Shown: one piece after another, positions 39,985 through 50,761 of the stretch
Layout: the number at the start of each line of letters is the position of its first letter
Position numbering within the stretch: the stretch's first letter is position 1
Assembly (NCBI GenBank): GCA_963675755.2
Contig: CAXXMD010000002.1
Span: 1,536,001 to 1,600,000 of the forward strand
DNA: 64,000 bases
Direction: 5' to 3'
From: a bacterium
Lineage (GTDB): Bacteria > Zhuqueibacterota > Zhuqueibacteria > Residuimicrobiales > Krinioviventaceae
Notes under the pieces: model-generated
Seen by the model: the letters and a program-made list of their open reading frames with translations, nothing else
Database searches by the model: none
What the model was told of the DNA's origin: nothing
Made by a program: the position numbers and the translations under genes

Positions 39985-41487
39985 TTATTTGACCAGACTG
40001 GTATTGGTTTGAAAATCGTATAATGTTTTTCGTTTCAGATCTGCAATTGCTAATTTATAATCAACATATGCGGATAAATACGCCGACTTGGCACTTACCA
40101 GGCGGTCACGGTTGTCTGCCAACACCGTACTGGTTATATCACCGTTATTAAAACGTTCAAGGGTAATATCAAAATTCCTTTGAGCAACCGATTGACGTTT
40201 TTCAAGAACATTCAAACGATTCTCAGCTTCTTTGAGTTGACGGACAGCATCTCTCACTTCACGAACGATTGTTTTTTTCTGTTCCTGCAGATCCAGTTCT
40301 CTGCTCCGCATTACTGCTTTTGCCTGTTCAACTTCTGCCTGATTTACTCCCCAATCAAAAATAGGCACTGATAAAGTAAAACCCACACTCCGGTTATTGG
40401 GACGTCTGTCCATATCTTCCAGGCTTGAATTCCAAAGTGTACCGGGAGAAGAATCGTAATCCAGGTTGGCATCACTCACTCCCACAAGCTCATAAGAAGC
40501 CCACAAATTACCTTCGATGGTACTTTGTGCGTCGACTTCTTTGATTGTCAATTTTGCAAGTTCTATATCGATCTCATTTTCACGGATTTCGGACCGGTTT
40601 TCAAGTGCAAGCTCTACGGCTTTATCTAGATTTACATCAAATTCCTGAACGTCGATTTCTGTTTGCACTGTAATATTGTCGCTGAAATTCAAACCAATTT
40701 CCTGCAAAAACGTGTCCCGGGTACGCTCCATATCAGATTCTGCAATAACCAGCAGGTTTTCGCTTTCCGCAAGGTCAACTTCCATTTCAAGGGCTTCAGT
40801 TTCAGCAATGAGTCCCGCATTGAATTTTTTACTGGCAATATCATACAGCTCTTTTTGCTGCGCAACATTGTCCTGCGCGATCTGGAATTGTCGAACACCC
40901 TGATAATATTGAAAAAAAGCATAGGTTACACGGTAAATAATAAACAGTTCATTCTGATTACTTTGCCTTTGCGTACGTTCATAGTTTAAATCTGCCTGCT
41001 TTAAACCCAGTTTTAAACTGTTGACAGTAAACAAGGGTTGATCAAATTGCAGACTCAGTGAAGTATAAACATCCTTTCTCATAAGATCGGTTGAGGTTTC
41101 GGCAAGATAAGTTGATACATCACGATGATATGTGGACCCCCGTAAACGAATTACACCATCGGTTGGCAGCGGCTGGTTCAGATCCATTCGACCATAATAC
41201 ATAACACTTCCAGTCGTATTAAAAACAGGCAGAGAATTTTGGACCGGAATAGACGAAACCGATTCCTCCCAATTGGGGAGTTGAAATGACATATCCGCAT
41301 TGGTTTTAAAACGTCCTTTTGCGGCGATAAGACCTTGTTCCGCGCGCATCAAGTTAAGGCGTAGTACTTTCATGTCGTAACTTTTTTCAAGCGCAATATC
41401 AATAGCATCATCAAGTGTCAGCATATAATCAGCAGCAAGGACTGGCATAAAAAAACATAAAATTATTATGGGTAAAATACTTTTCAT
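39985..41487 (-). CDS. TolC family outer membrane efflux protein
   Basis: LTLDDAIDIALE, LSVPIFDWG, coiled-coil repeats. Confidence 0.9.
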   Translation of the reverse strand: MKSILPIIILCFFMPVLAADYMLTLDDAIDIALEKSYDMKVLRLNLMRAEQGLIAAKGRFKTNADMSFQLPNWEESVSSIPVQNSLPVFNTTGSVMYYGRMDLNQPLPTDGVIRLRGSTYHRDVSTYLAETSTDLMRKDVYTSLSLQFDQPLFTVNSLKLGLKQADLNYERTQRQSNQNELFIIYRVTYAFFQYYQGVRQFQIAQDNVAQQKELYDIASKKFNAGLIAETEALEMEVDLAESENLLVIAESDMERTRDTFLQEIGLNFSDNITVQTEIDVQEFDVNLDKAVELALENRSEIRENEIDIELAKLTIKEVDAQSTIEGNLWASYELVGVSDANLDYDSSPGTLWNSSLEDMDRRPNNRSVGFTLSVPIFDWGVNQAEVEQAKAVMRSRELDLQEQKKTIVREVRDAVRQLKEAENRLNVLEKRQSVAQRNFDITLERFNNGDITSTVLADNRDRLVSAKSAYLSAYVDYKLAIADLKRKTLYDFQTNTSLVK

Positions 41488-41506
41488 TTTTCATTTGCTC
41501 CCGCGG

Positions 41507-42748
41507 TTATTCGTATCTCAGGGCTTCGATAGGATTGATCTCTGATGCACTCTTGGCGGGAAACGTACCGAAAATAACTCCAACCGCTCCTGACACACCA
41601 AAAGCCACAATTACAGAAATAGGTGTTATTGCTGTTCTAAATTCAGCAAAGCTGTTGATGACCAATGACATGACCACCCCCAGAATGATACCAACCAATC
41701 CGCCGGTAAAAGAGAGTCCTACGGCTTCGATCATAAACTGGTAAAGGATTTCTTTGCGTCGCGCGCCTAATGATCTTCGGATACCAATTTCACGAGTGCG
41801 TTCCAAAACCGTTGCCAGCATAATATTCATAATACCTATACCGCCAACCAGTAGAGAAATAGCCGCAATAGATCCCAAAACCATATTATAGATACGTGTT
41901 TCTTTTTCTTCCTGTTTTAACAACTCGTAAGGAATTACAATATCAAAATCATTATTTCCACGATGTCTGCGGTTAACAATTCGCCTCACAACGGCAGCAC
42001 TTTCCAACAGATTTTGAGAATCATCAATCTTGATGGTCAACTGATTAATCTCACTGGCCAATTGCTGCTCTTTATCAAATCTGCGTAAAAATGAAGACAG
42101 TGGTACATAAATATCCTGATTCAGGTTCCTTGAAGCAAGCTCCCCAACCGTTTCAGTAAATAAGGATTTGGTTCCCATAACTCCAACCACCTCGAACCAT
42201 TGATCGTCCAGTTTTACTTTTTTACCAATAGGGTCCTGCACCGGGAACAAGTTTTTTGCAACATCTGCGCCCAGCACGCAAACACGCAATTGTCGTTCAT
42301 GCTGGTCAGGAGTTAAAAAACGACCCTTGTCGGTTTCGTAATTAAGTATATTTGAAAAATTTGAAGAAACCCCAACAACGGTTGATTTGGTGGACTTGTC
42401 TTCATATTTAGCATCCATATCCATTTCAGACTGTGAAGCAACCATATCCACTGTGGGTACAATTTCCTGTATAGCCTGTGCATCACGAAGTGATAAACCA
42501 CGAGAAAATTTAGCACGGACTTCTTCCAGCTCTTCCTCATTCAGGTCTTTGTCCCGAACAATAATATTATTAACTCCAAGCATTTTGTATTTTGCAAGGG
42601 CTTCACGTTTGGCGCCTTCACCAATAGAAAGCATGGCAATAACGGCAGAAACACCAAAAATAATACCCAGCATAGTCAACAGTGAACGCAATCGATGGAC
42701 CTTGAGTCCTTCCAGTCCTATGAGAATTATGTCCCGCAATTCCATCAC
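41507..42748 (-). CDS. MacB/FtsX-like ABC transporter permease (no NBD)
   Basis: RSLLTMLGIIFGV, GGIGIMNIML..V.ERTREIGIRRSLGA, PIEALRYE. Confidence 0.92.
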   Translation of the reverse strand: MMELRDIILIGLEGLKVHRLRSLLTMLGIIFGVSAVIAMLSIGEGAKREALAKYKMLGVNNIIVRDKDLNEEELEEVRAKFSRGLSLRDAQAIQEIVPTVDMVASQSEMDMDAKYEDKSTKSTVVGVSSNFSNILNYETDKGRFLTPDQHERQLRVCVLGADVAKNLFPVQDPIGKKVKLDDQWFEVVGVMGTKSLFTETVGELASRNLNQDIYVPLSSFLRRFDKEQQLASEINQLTIKIDDSQNLLESAAVVRRIVNRRHRGNNDFDIVIPYELLKQEEKETRIYNMVLGSIAAISLLVGGIGIMNIMLATVLERTREIGIRRSLGARRKEILYQFMIEAVGLSFTGGLVGIILGVVMSLVINSFAEFRTAITPISVIVAFGVSGAVGVIFGTFPAKSASEINPIEALRYE

Positions 42749-43932
42749 ACTTCTCCCGTGCTTAAATCCACTACCTTGTCTCCCGGTTTGAATCCTTCAC
42801 CGGAAATAACAACATGTTCAAAATTTTTAGGGCCCAGTTCAACTTTTACTCTCTTGTTTCCGGAGCCTTTTTGTAAATATATATAATAGTTGCCATCTTC
42901 TTCTTCAATGCACTCGTTTTTTACATAGGTTGCATCTTTGATCTGCGATACCAGAAATTCACAGCTCACTGTCATACCCGGTCTTACAATGCGTGTAATA
43001 TCATCCAACAATACTTCAACATCAAAAACTTTGATCTTGGATTCCCGTTCTTTTTTACGACACACCTTGCTTACAAAGGTCACAGTGCCGGTAAATTCAT
43101 CTTTTGGAAACGCATCGAGCCATACCGAAGCCTTTTGTCCTACTTTGATCTTTGTCGCGTCGCGTTCATTTACGGTGGTTAGTACTTTCATTTTGCTCAA
43201 ATCCGGAAGCTTTATAATTCCGTGCCCTGGTCGTAATTCACTCCCCACCTCAGTTTTGCCCCTCCACCGATGAACATAGTGCACGACCATTCCATCTGCC
43301 GGAGCACGCAACATAAAGTTATTCATTGTTCGTTCGGCTTTATCAATTGCAGACAATATCTGCTTCTTTTTTTCATCCTGAATGATCAATTCTTCATGAT
43401 TGAGGATTTTCTGCAACTCGAGTGTTTCACGACATTTTTCAAGTTCTATTTTGGCAATTTTAAATTCGAGTCGGGATATCTCTTTTTGTGCATTGGATTC
43501 AAATTGTACACGCTGAGTATCAATTATCGCTTTTCGAAACGTAGCTTCAGCGGATTTTAGCTCTGCTTCAAGTCCTTTTATCGCTGTTTCCTGCTCTGCT
43601 AACAGTTTATTATAGTCCGCAGTGTATATTTCCATCTCAGATCTACGAGTACCCAATTCCTTTGCAACAGATGAAGTATCGATCATACCTACATATTCAC
43701 CTTTTTTTACACGGGTACCTTCATCCACCATATCTGCAACTTTGGGTCTGCCATACGCCCAGTTAAATTGGGGCATAACTACCAGCTTTGAATTCACAGA
43801 ACGCACTTCACCGGTTTCTGTAATTGTGGCCTCAAATGTACCTTTTTGTATTCTGTCGCCACCGGACAATGCTCCTCCACATGCAGCAATTAATGATGCC
43901 AATAACGGAAAGGCGATTAACCATTTTTTCAT
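42745..43932 (-). CDS. Efflux periplasmic adaptor (MFP) 3
   Basis: Lipobox, LRAPADGMV, VNERD, RPGMTV. Confidence 0.85.
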   Translation of the reverse strand: MKKWLIAFPLLASLIAACGGALSGGDRIQKGTFEATITETGEVRSVNSKLVVMPQFNWAYGRPKVADMVDEGTRVKKGEYVGMIDTSSVAKELGTRRSEMEIYTADYNKLLAEQETAIKGLEAELKSAEATFRKAIIDTQRVQFESNAQKEISRLEFKIAKIELEKCRETLELQKILNHEELIIQDEKKKQILSAIDKAERTMNNFMLRAPADGMVVHYVHRWRGKTEVGSELRPGHGIIKLPDLSKMKVLTTVNERDATKIKVGQKASVWLDAFPKDEFTGTVTFVSKVCRKKERESKIKVFDVEVLLDDITRIVRPGMTVSCEFLVSQIKDATYVKNECIEEEDGNYYIYLQKGSGNKRVKVELGPKNFEHVVISGEGFKPGDKVVDLSTGEV

Positions 43933-45164
43933 GATTCCTCTCCCTTTTCTTTTTCTTCCGGTGCTTTAAAAATTTCAGGATCAACAAGAGCAAGTTCCAT
44001 ATTCGGTTCAATTCCCTTAGCTACAATCACATAATCATCATTCTCCGAACCCAGTGTAACCGGAACCGTATCAAAATCTCTGCCTTTTTTCACATATACA
44101 ACATCCTGACCGTCTTTATGAAAAACAGCTTCTATAGGTACATATAGTGTATCCGCAATTCGGTCAATCACAATTTCGCAACTGACAGTCATGCCGGGCA
44201 TTAAAGCTTCATGGGTTCTGTCAAGGTTGACAATAACATCAAAAACTTTGACTTTGGAATCACGTTCTTTATTACGTGCCAGGGTTGCGATATCTGTTAC
44301 TATCCCTGTAAATACAGAATCCGGATATGCATCCAAACGAATGTTTACCTGCTGCAAGGTATCTATCTTGGCAATATCCACCTCATTGACCGGCACTTTG
44401 GCGCTCATCAGTGTCAGATCAGGAAGTTTTGCAATAGAATTTCCCCGCCAAACATTATCGTCAACCTGATATTTATCATCAGTTGAACGGTTTCTTTCAA
44501 GAATGGCAATACCGGGAGATGGTGCGGTTATGGTCAATTTATCAAGAGTGATCTGTGCTTCTTCAAATTTGGTTTCTTCCTGGTGAACCTGAAGTTGTAA
44601 TTTATTTAGCTCTTCACGGCTTACATTTTTTTGGTTTTCAATTTCCTGTTTTGCTTTTTCCAGCGTAATAACCGAACGGTCCAGCTCTAGCTGAATTTCT
44701 TTTTTACGGATCTCTGACTCGTATGTAGCTTTTTCAAGATTGAGTTGAGAAATCTTGTATTGCAACTGGGTCTTTTCAAGATCAGATTCCAATTCTTTCA
44801 TCCGTGATGCATTACTTGCCTGTGCTTTACGTAATTCTGCTTTGGCAATCTCGAGGGCTGCCTCAGCATCATCCAGCGCTTTTTTCACTTCGGTTTGATC
44901 AAAACGGACAATCAAATCTCCATTTTTAACCTGAGCGCCATCTTCAATAATATCTGTAATCTGCAATCCACCAAACCGCCATGAAATAGACGGCGCTTTA
45001 ATCATGATGGAATTTACTGCTTCCAGCTCACCTGTTTCAACAACACTGTACAGGAAATCACCGCGTTTTACTTTATAGGTTTCTATTTCCATTTCAGTTT
45101 CGGAACCACAGCCCGCTAATAACCAGATTACCAGTAATGCAAATAATAAAATTTTATTCTTCAT
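43929..45164 (-). CDS. Efflux periplasmic adaptor (MFP) 2
   Basis: LAGC lipobox, ITAPSPG, VNEVDI, MPGMTV, VPIEAV. Confidence 0.88.
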   Translation of the reverse strand: MKNKILLFALLVIWLLAGCGSETEMEIETYKVKRGDFLYSVVETGELEAVNSIMIKAPSISWRFGGLQITDIIEDGAQVKNGDLIVRFDQTEVKKALDDAEAALEIAKAELRKAQASNASRMKELESDLEKTQLQYKISQLNLEKATYESEIRKKEIQLELDRSVITLEKAKQEIENQKNVSREELNKLQLQVHQEETKFEEAQITLDKLTITAPSPGIAILERNRSTDDKYQVDDNVWRGNSIAKLPDLTLMSAKVPVNEVDIAKIDTLQQVNIRLDAYPDSVFTGIVTDIATLARNKERDSKVKVFDVIVNLDRTHEALMPGMTVSCEIVIDRIADTLYVPIEAVFHKDGQDVVYVKKGRDFDTVPVTLGSENDDYVIVAKGIEPNMELALVDPEIFKAPEEKEKGEES

Positions 45165-45178
45165 GCTTTTGTCCCGAT

Positions 45179-46507
45179 TTATTCAATTGTTTGAGATATT
45201 TTTCTGTTATCTGACAGTTGTGTTAGAGTTGAATCCGCCGCCGGTACTGTTTGTGTAGAATCGCTTTTCAGTGAATCAACTGGCAGCTTGTATGCTGTCA
45301 AAGTGTCCGGCCAGTCAACATTTTTTTCCGGTGGCTGCAAAAGTGCAAGTTCAAGAGCATTTGTAAAATCCCCATGGATCAATGTATAATCATAATCCTG
45401 ACCGGTTTGTGCAATGGGATAAGGTTTAAATTTCTTGCCATCTTTTGCATATACAATTTTTACACTGTCATGTTCAAAAATACATTCAAGGGGAACTGCC
45501 AGTGCATTTTCAATGGTTTCAACTTTAATATTACACATTGCAGTCAATCCTGGCACCATCCCCGGGTATGTACTATCCGCTTGAACAACCACATCCACTT
45601 TTTTGACTTTGGAACGCCGTCTGATGGGTTTGGCCATTTTATCAACAAAACTAACCTTGCCTGTAAGGTTTAAATCTTTTAATACGGGAATATAGATTGT
45701 TGCCTGCTGACCAAGTTTAAGCTTTTGAGATTCCGTTTCACTCACCTGGAGTTTTACCTGCATTGCCGACATGTCTGGAATTCTGGCAATAGGTCGTCCG
45801 GGATACGCCCGGTCACCAACCAGTACCGGTTCATTGCTCCAGCGATTTCGGACATGTACCACATAGCCGTCAACAGGTGCCAAAATGGAAAGCTTTTTCA
45901 GGTCCTGACTGAATTTATCAACCCTGGATTGCGCCTGGCGAATGATCAAATTCTGATGGGCCCGCTCTTCTTTCTGAATTGCGGCAAGAAATTCCATCTT
46001 TTCCATATTTTGCTGGGCATCCAGCTCATATTGTTCAATTTGGAGCTGCTTTATTTCTCTGACTTTGGGAGGTTCGAATTCAAGTTTTGAAGACTGGAGT
46101 TTAGCGGACTGCATGGAAGCAAGTGCGTCTTTGTATTGCGATTCATATTGCAAACGCTCTAATTCTAATTCAGCAAATCGTTGTTCCGCATCTGCTTTTG
46201 CTACCTGCAGTTCATCCAAAGCGTTTACATAATTATTTTGTAGTTCTTCTGCTTCGAGTGTAAATACTACGTCCCCTGCATTAATATAGGTCCCTTCTTC
46301 CGCCAAATAAGCTACCTGCATATCCGCCCAAATATGAGGTGCGGGAAGGACCTGGGCCTTGATTGCTTCCAAAACCCCTTCTGCTTCAACCTGAACAGTA
46401 AAGTCCTGTCTGGTGGCATGATATGTCAAGATCGCTTTTCCGGATTTGGAATTGCAACCCAACAACAAATAGAATAACAGGAAAACATATATGTTTTTTT
46501 TCATCAT
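45179..46507 (-). CDS. Efflux periplasmic adaptor (MFP) 1
   Basis: MMKKN..LLGC lipobox, ILAPVDG, VPGLTA, VPLECI. Confidence 0.85.
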   Translation of the reverse strand: MMKKNIYVFLLFYLLLGCNSKSGKAILTYHATRQDFTVQVEAEGVLEAIKAQVLPAPHIWADMQVAYLAEEGTYINAGDVVFTLEAEELQNNYVNALDELQVAKADAEQRFAELELERLQYESQYKDALASMQSAKLQSSKLEFEPPKVREIKQLQIEQYELDAQQNMEKMEFLAAIQKEERAHQNLIIRQAQSRVDKFSQDLKKLSILAPVDGYVVHVRNRWSNEPVLVGDRAYPGRPIARIPDMSAMQVKLQVSETESQKLKLGQQATIYIPVLKDLNLTGKVSFVDKMAKPIRRRSKVKKVDVVVQADSTYPGMVPGLTAMCNIKVETIENALAVPLECIFEHDSVKIVYAKDGKKFKPYPIAQTGQDYDYTLIHGDFTNALELALLQPPEKNVDWPDTLTAYKLPVDSLKSDSTQTVPAADSTLTQLSDNRKISQTIE

Positions 46508-46594
46508 GGTTCCTGGTTGTTTTAAATCTATTCTAATAACCGTTTGCCGGTTCTGTTTGGAAATCTTGAGGACTACATGCAAAGAATATTATAT

Positions 46595-47821
46595 TCAGGG
46601 ATATATCATATATTTTTTACGTAATGTAATAAATTTCTCAACACCAACTTGTAAAACATTGTAAAAACTCTTCCCATCTTGTATTGTCACCCTTACCTTA
46701 TCTGTCCCCATTGCGAAATCAAACATATCTGTTCTTTCCGAATCAAATATATCATGATCAGGATACAACCGATATAATGCATCAAGAATATGGAATTGTG
46801 TCTCCATTGGCCTGTATAAACTATAATCTATTATATGTACTTGAACCCCCTCAAGTTCCTTATTTTCAAGAGAAGTATAGTATGGAGTAAAGTACAGGGG
46901 TCTAAATTTAACTCCGGGAAGATCCTGTTTGTTTAAATAATCAGCAAGTTCTTTACCATTAATCCATACCTGCCCCACCAGTTCAAAAGGCAATGTATAA
47001 CCAACGCCTCCATTTACCTTACTCAACTCGCCCATACATCCGGTTGTTGCGGTAAAGAATGGCGTTGTGCTTCTGGGAATATGCGGAGAAGTAGGCACCC
47101 ATTCCAGACCAGTATCATCAAAACGCATCCATCTCTGCCAGTTTTTCATGGGTACAACTGTCAAATTTGCATTGATGTCAAATTCTGTATTAAATAACTG
47201 AGCCAGCTCGCCAATTGTCAGTCCGTAAATATACGGTATTTCATACATGCCAATAAAGGATTTAAATCCGGGTTCCAGCATGGGCCCTTCAACCAGCTCA
47301 CCGCCCAAAGGATTGGGACGATCAAGAACCAAAACAGGCAGATTATTTTCTGCTGCTGCTTTCATAACATTGGCCATGGTATAAATATAAGTATATGCTC
47401 TTGAACCGATATCCTGTATATCAAATATCAATACATCCATATTCTCAAGCATTTCAGCAGTGGGCTTTTTTGTTTTTCCATAAAGACTGTAAACGGGTAC
47501 ACCGGTTAATGAATCGATATAGGAAGCCACTTTTTTACCGGCATCATGACTGCCTCTCACACCATGTTCAGGGCCAAACAAAGCAGTCAGCGTCACATCC
47601 GGATGATTGCTCAAAACGTCTACACTGCTTTGCAAATCCCGGGTAATGCCAGTGGGATTGGTAACCAAACCTACTCGTTTACCACTAACCAGGTGCAGAC
47701 TGTCACTCATCAATACATCAATACCGGGCAAAACAATGGATTGGTTTAGCGATTCCGGCTGTTTTGTGCAATATACAACGAATGATAGAATGAATAAAAT
47801 TTTTAGTAACAATCTAGACAT
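46595..47821 (-). CDS. namZ: Exo-beta-N-acetylmuramidase NamZ (DUF1343)
   Basis: GLVTNPTG, LFGPEHG, YSLYG, FDIQDIGSRAYTY, LDRPNP, WVPTSPHIP. Confidence 0.9.
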   Translation of the reverse strand: MSRLLLKILFILSFVVYCTKQPESLNQSIVLPGIDVLMSDSLHLVSGKRVGLVTNPTGITRDLQSSVDVLSNHPDVTLTALFGPEHGVRGSHDAGKKVASYIDSLTGVPVYSLYGKTKKPTAEMLENMDVLIFDIQDIGSRAYTYIYTMANVMKAAAENNLPVLVLDRPNPLGGELVEGPMLEPGFKSFIGMYEIPYIYGLTIGELAQLFNTEFDINANLTVVPMKNWQRWMRFDDTGLEWVPTSPHIPRSTTPFFTATTGCMGELSKVNGGVGYTLPFELVGQVWINGKELADYLNKQDLPGVKFRPLYFTPYYTSLENKELEGVQVHIIDYSLYRPMETQFHILDALYRLYPDHDIFDSERTDMFDFAMGTDKVRVTIQDGKSFYNVLQVGVEKFITLRKKYMIYP

Positions 47822-47833
47822 TGATGAAAACCA

Positions 47834-49087
47834 TTATTCGTTTTCAATGGGGATAAAAAACAGCATTAATAAACCCGGGACTGTTAACAACAAAACCGAT
47901 ACAAAAAACCAGGTGTATCCCAATTGCTGCTGCAAAAACCCGCTTAAAACACCGGGCAGCATCATACCCAATGCCATAATACCGGTTGATATAGCATAAT
48001 GAGATGTTTTATATGGCTCTTTGGCAAAATACATGAGGAAAACCATAAAAGCAGTAAAACCGATACCATATCCAAACTGTTCAAATCCCACAAGTACATA
48101 TATCAATGCCAGTGAAGGTTTATAGATTGACATATAGATATAAACAACATCAGGGAGTTTAAGCATAAGAGCCATGGGCCAGAGGCATTTTTTTAGTCCG
48201 AATTTAGAGATCAGCCAACCGCCCAATATTCCACCTATGGTCAGCATCAAGACCCCCATTGTTCCCTTAACCATACCAACAGTTTCAGTTGCTAATCCCA
48301 ATCCTCCGGCATCTACCGAATCCAGTAAAAACGCGGGAGACATTTTTTCAAGTACCGCTTCACCCAGTCGATAGAGTAAAATAAACAACACAACAATCCA
48401 AACTTTTTCCTGCTTGAAATACGATACAAACACATCAAACAACTCTGAAAATCCCTTGTTCTGTTTTTTCTCAATCGTATTTTCTGGGTATGGTAAATAA
48501 AACCGATGAAACAGAAACATAATCAAAAACAACAGACCGGTGAATCCCATTACGACCTGCCAACTCGCAGCCATTGAAAATGATCGTTTTTGCAGCAATC
48601 CGGCCAAAACAACCAGAAAACCGGATCCGAAAATAACAGCAATACGATAAAATGTGGATCGAACACCAACATATAAGGATTGCATTTTTTCAGACAACGA
48701 CAGCATATAATAGCCGTCAATGGCAATATCATGCGTGGCGGATACAAAGGCAAGAGCAGAAAACACGATTATACTGGCAAGAATATAAAAATTGAACTGT
48801 AGAAAAGCGGCAAGTAAAAATAATCCGGTACCGAGTAAAAGCTCCGAGTAAACAATCCAGTTGCGTTTTGTAGACTGGGTATCAACCAACGGGGCCCACA
48901 GCATTTTAATTACCCAGGGCCACATGAAAAGTGCTGTTAATCCAACAAACTGGTTAGAAGCACCCAGATTTTTATACATGATCACAGAAACACTATTGAT
49001 CACAATATAAGGTAATCCCTCGGCAAAATAAAGAGTTGGGACAAAAATCCACGGTTTGCGGTCAGGCCGCGAAGCAGTATCAGCCAT
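47834..49087 (-). CDS. ampG: AmpG-like muropeptide MFS permease
   Basis: LYFAEGLP, PWVIKMLWAPLVD, SATHDIAIDG, HYAISTG. Confidence 0.85.
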   Translation of the reverse strand: MADTASRPDRKPWIFVPTLYFAEGLPYIVINSVSVIMYKNLGASNQFVGLTALFMWPWVIKMLWAPLVDTQSTKRNWIVYSELLLGTGLFLLAAFLQFNFYILASIIVFSALAFVSATHDIAIDGYYMLSLSEKMQSLYVGVRSTFYRIAVIFGSGFLVVLAGLLQKRSFSMAASWQVVMGFTGLLFLIMFLFHRFYLPYPENTIEKKQNKGFSELFDVFVSYFKQEKVWIVVLFILLYRLGEAVLEKMSPAFLLDSVDAGGLGLATETVGMVKGTMGVLMLTIGGILGGWLISKFGLKKCLWPMALMLKLPDVVYIYMSIYKPSLALIYVLVGFEQFGYGIGFTAFMVFLMYFAKEPYKTSHYAISTGIMALGMMLPGVLSGFLQQQLGYTWFFVSVLLLTVPGLLMLFFIPIENE

Positions 49088-49122
49088 ACTAATAAACAAT
49101 CAGATTAATTATTTTTCAATTT

Positions 49123-49695
49123 TCAGGAATTACTGCGCAGATCTTTTTTCAGTCGCTTAATTTCATCTCGTATCTTGGCGGCATCTTCATAACGTTCATC
49201 TTGAACAGCACTGCGAAGGTCAACATTCAACTGTTCCAAACGGTCCCCCGGGGCCAGTTCTTCATCAAAGACTTCTTCGTCACCCTTGGTTTCATTTTCT
49301 GTAATTGACGCTTTTGACATTACATCTTCTTCAACAAAAATGTCCGCTTTCATTCTCAAGGCAAGCGCGATAGCATCACTGGGACGCGCATCTATATTTT
49401 TCACTTCACCGTTTACATCCAACCCCAAAAGAGCAAAATAGGTATTATCTCTCAAATCGTTAACAATGATACGTGAAATATAAACATCTATGGTTTCGAG
49501 TAGATTTTTAATCAAATCATGGGTCAATGGCCTCGGAGGAGAAATATTTTCCAACTGTAATGCAATAGCCTGAGCTTCGGTCGAACCGACGACTATGGGC
49601 AGCCAGCGATTCAGTTTTTCATCTTTGAGAATAACGACAAAACGACTGGTCGCTGTGTCTAATGTTACACGTTCTACTTTAACGCGAACCAGCAT
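49123..49695 (-). CDS. Bifunctional nuclease (DUF151) with C-terminal UvrB/C motif
   Basis: LPIVVG..EA.AI, RPLTHDL, DARPSDAIALA, ERYEDAAKIRDEI. Confidence 0.92.
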   Translation of the reverse strand: MLVRVKVERVTLDTATSRFVVILKDEKLNRWLPIVVGSTEAQAIALQLENISPPRPLTHDLIKNLLETIDVYISRIIVNDLRDNTYFALLGLDVNGEVKNIDARPSDAIALALRMKADIFVEEDVMSKASITENETKGDEEVFDEELAPGDRLEQLNVDLRSAVQDERYEDAAKIRDEIKRLKKDLRSNS

Positions 49696-49737
49696 TAACT
49701 TTCCTCCGTAATCAGAATAACTACTTTTTGATCTGTA

Positions 49738-49766
49738 ATTTTACTAATTTTTCGTTCCAGTGTCAA
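49738..49766 (-). promoter_or_regulatory. Sigma70 promoter for the DUF151-ampG-namZ-efflux gene run
   Basis: TTGACA-17 nt-TAAAAT, about 40 nt upstream of ATG 49695. Confidence 0.75.
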
Positions 49767-49799
49767 GGTTTATTTTTATGATTTTTAATAACATACACC

Positions 49800-50165
49800 T
49801 TAAACCTCAAGGTCTAGTCTGCATGATAAAAATTGACGATTACGAGCAATCCATGCATAAATTCGTGGTGACAGCTTGCGGAAAAATGGTAATCTTAAAA
49901 CTCTGGCCATCCATCGCCATCGTTTTAAATTCATGATAATATCAGGTATACCGTCTGCACCACTCAACACTGAACCATCATTCAAGATTACTTGTATAGC
50001 GGTCATACAGGCATCTGTTGTTATCTGCGGAAAACGTTCTTTACGTTCATCAGACTGACAGGATATATATTCGAAGCGATTTGGCAATTCGTTTTTCCGA
50101 ATCCAACGAACGCTGGCCTGGCATAAACCACATTCACCATCATATATTATAACTATTTTTTTCAA
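49800..50165 (-). CDS. DCC1-like thiol-disulfide oxidoreductase (DUF393)
   Basis: YDGECGLC motif, YAWIARNR. Confidence 0.85.
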   Translation of the reverse strand: MKKIVIIYDGECGLCQASVRWIRKNELPNRFEYISCQSDERKERFPQITTDACMTAIQVILNDGSVLSGADGIPDIIMNLKRWRWMARVLRLPFFRKLSPRIYAWIARNRQFLSCRLDLEV

Positions 50166-50297
50166 AAGAATATGCGCTTTTAATTCACAATTATATCAAA
50201 AAAGTTGCATCACATTTCATAATTTTGTATGTTGACAATCAATTGGAAATCAATTTATTGTCTTTAATCACCATTTCTTTATAAATACGGAGCCAAA

Positions 50298-50756
50298 ATG
50301 CTGACATTTGAAAATGCAATTATTAAAAAATACTGGCCGGCTGAAAACAAGGTTGATGATGATATAATCCGTCAGGTTCATATACAAACAGAAGTCGAAA
50401 TAGACAATTCCATGCAGGTTGCTGAGCTATATAACAATATGGTTCGCGGCCTTGTCAAAGTAGTGCTGCTGGATACCCTGACTGGTGAAGAATACACCCT
50501 CCCACCTGTTACTATCAGACCGTTTAATGTTAAGCAAAAGTCTGTAAAAACCGGCAAAGGTCGTGAAGCAGAAATCAGCAAAACAGAAATTGCCTCAATG
50601 ACACTGGTTAGCAAACTAACCGACAATAATGGCAGCACAATTCTAGCCGACCTGTACCGGTTCTTCCATATTCAGATCACAATCAACATGTACGAACTTC
50701 AACTCGCAGACACGGTAGAAACAGATGAAAGCGATGAAGTGGACGAATTTATCTAA
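50298..50756 (+). CDS. Hypothetical protein
   Basis: 152-aa ORF with GGAG RBS; no recognised motif. Confidence 0.7.
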   Translation: MLTFENAIIKKYWPAENKVDDDIIRQVHIQTEVEIDNSMQVAELYNNMVRGLVKVVLLDTLTGEEYTLPPVTIRPFNVKQKSVKTGKGREAEISKTEIASMTLVSKLTDNNGSTILADLYRFFHIQITINMYELQLADTVETDESDEVDEFI

Positions 50757-50761
50757 TCCGG

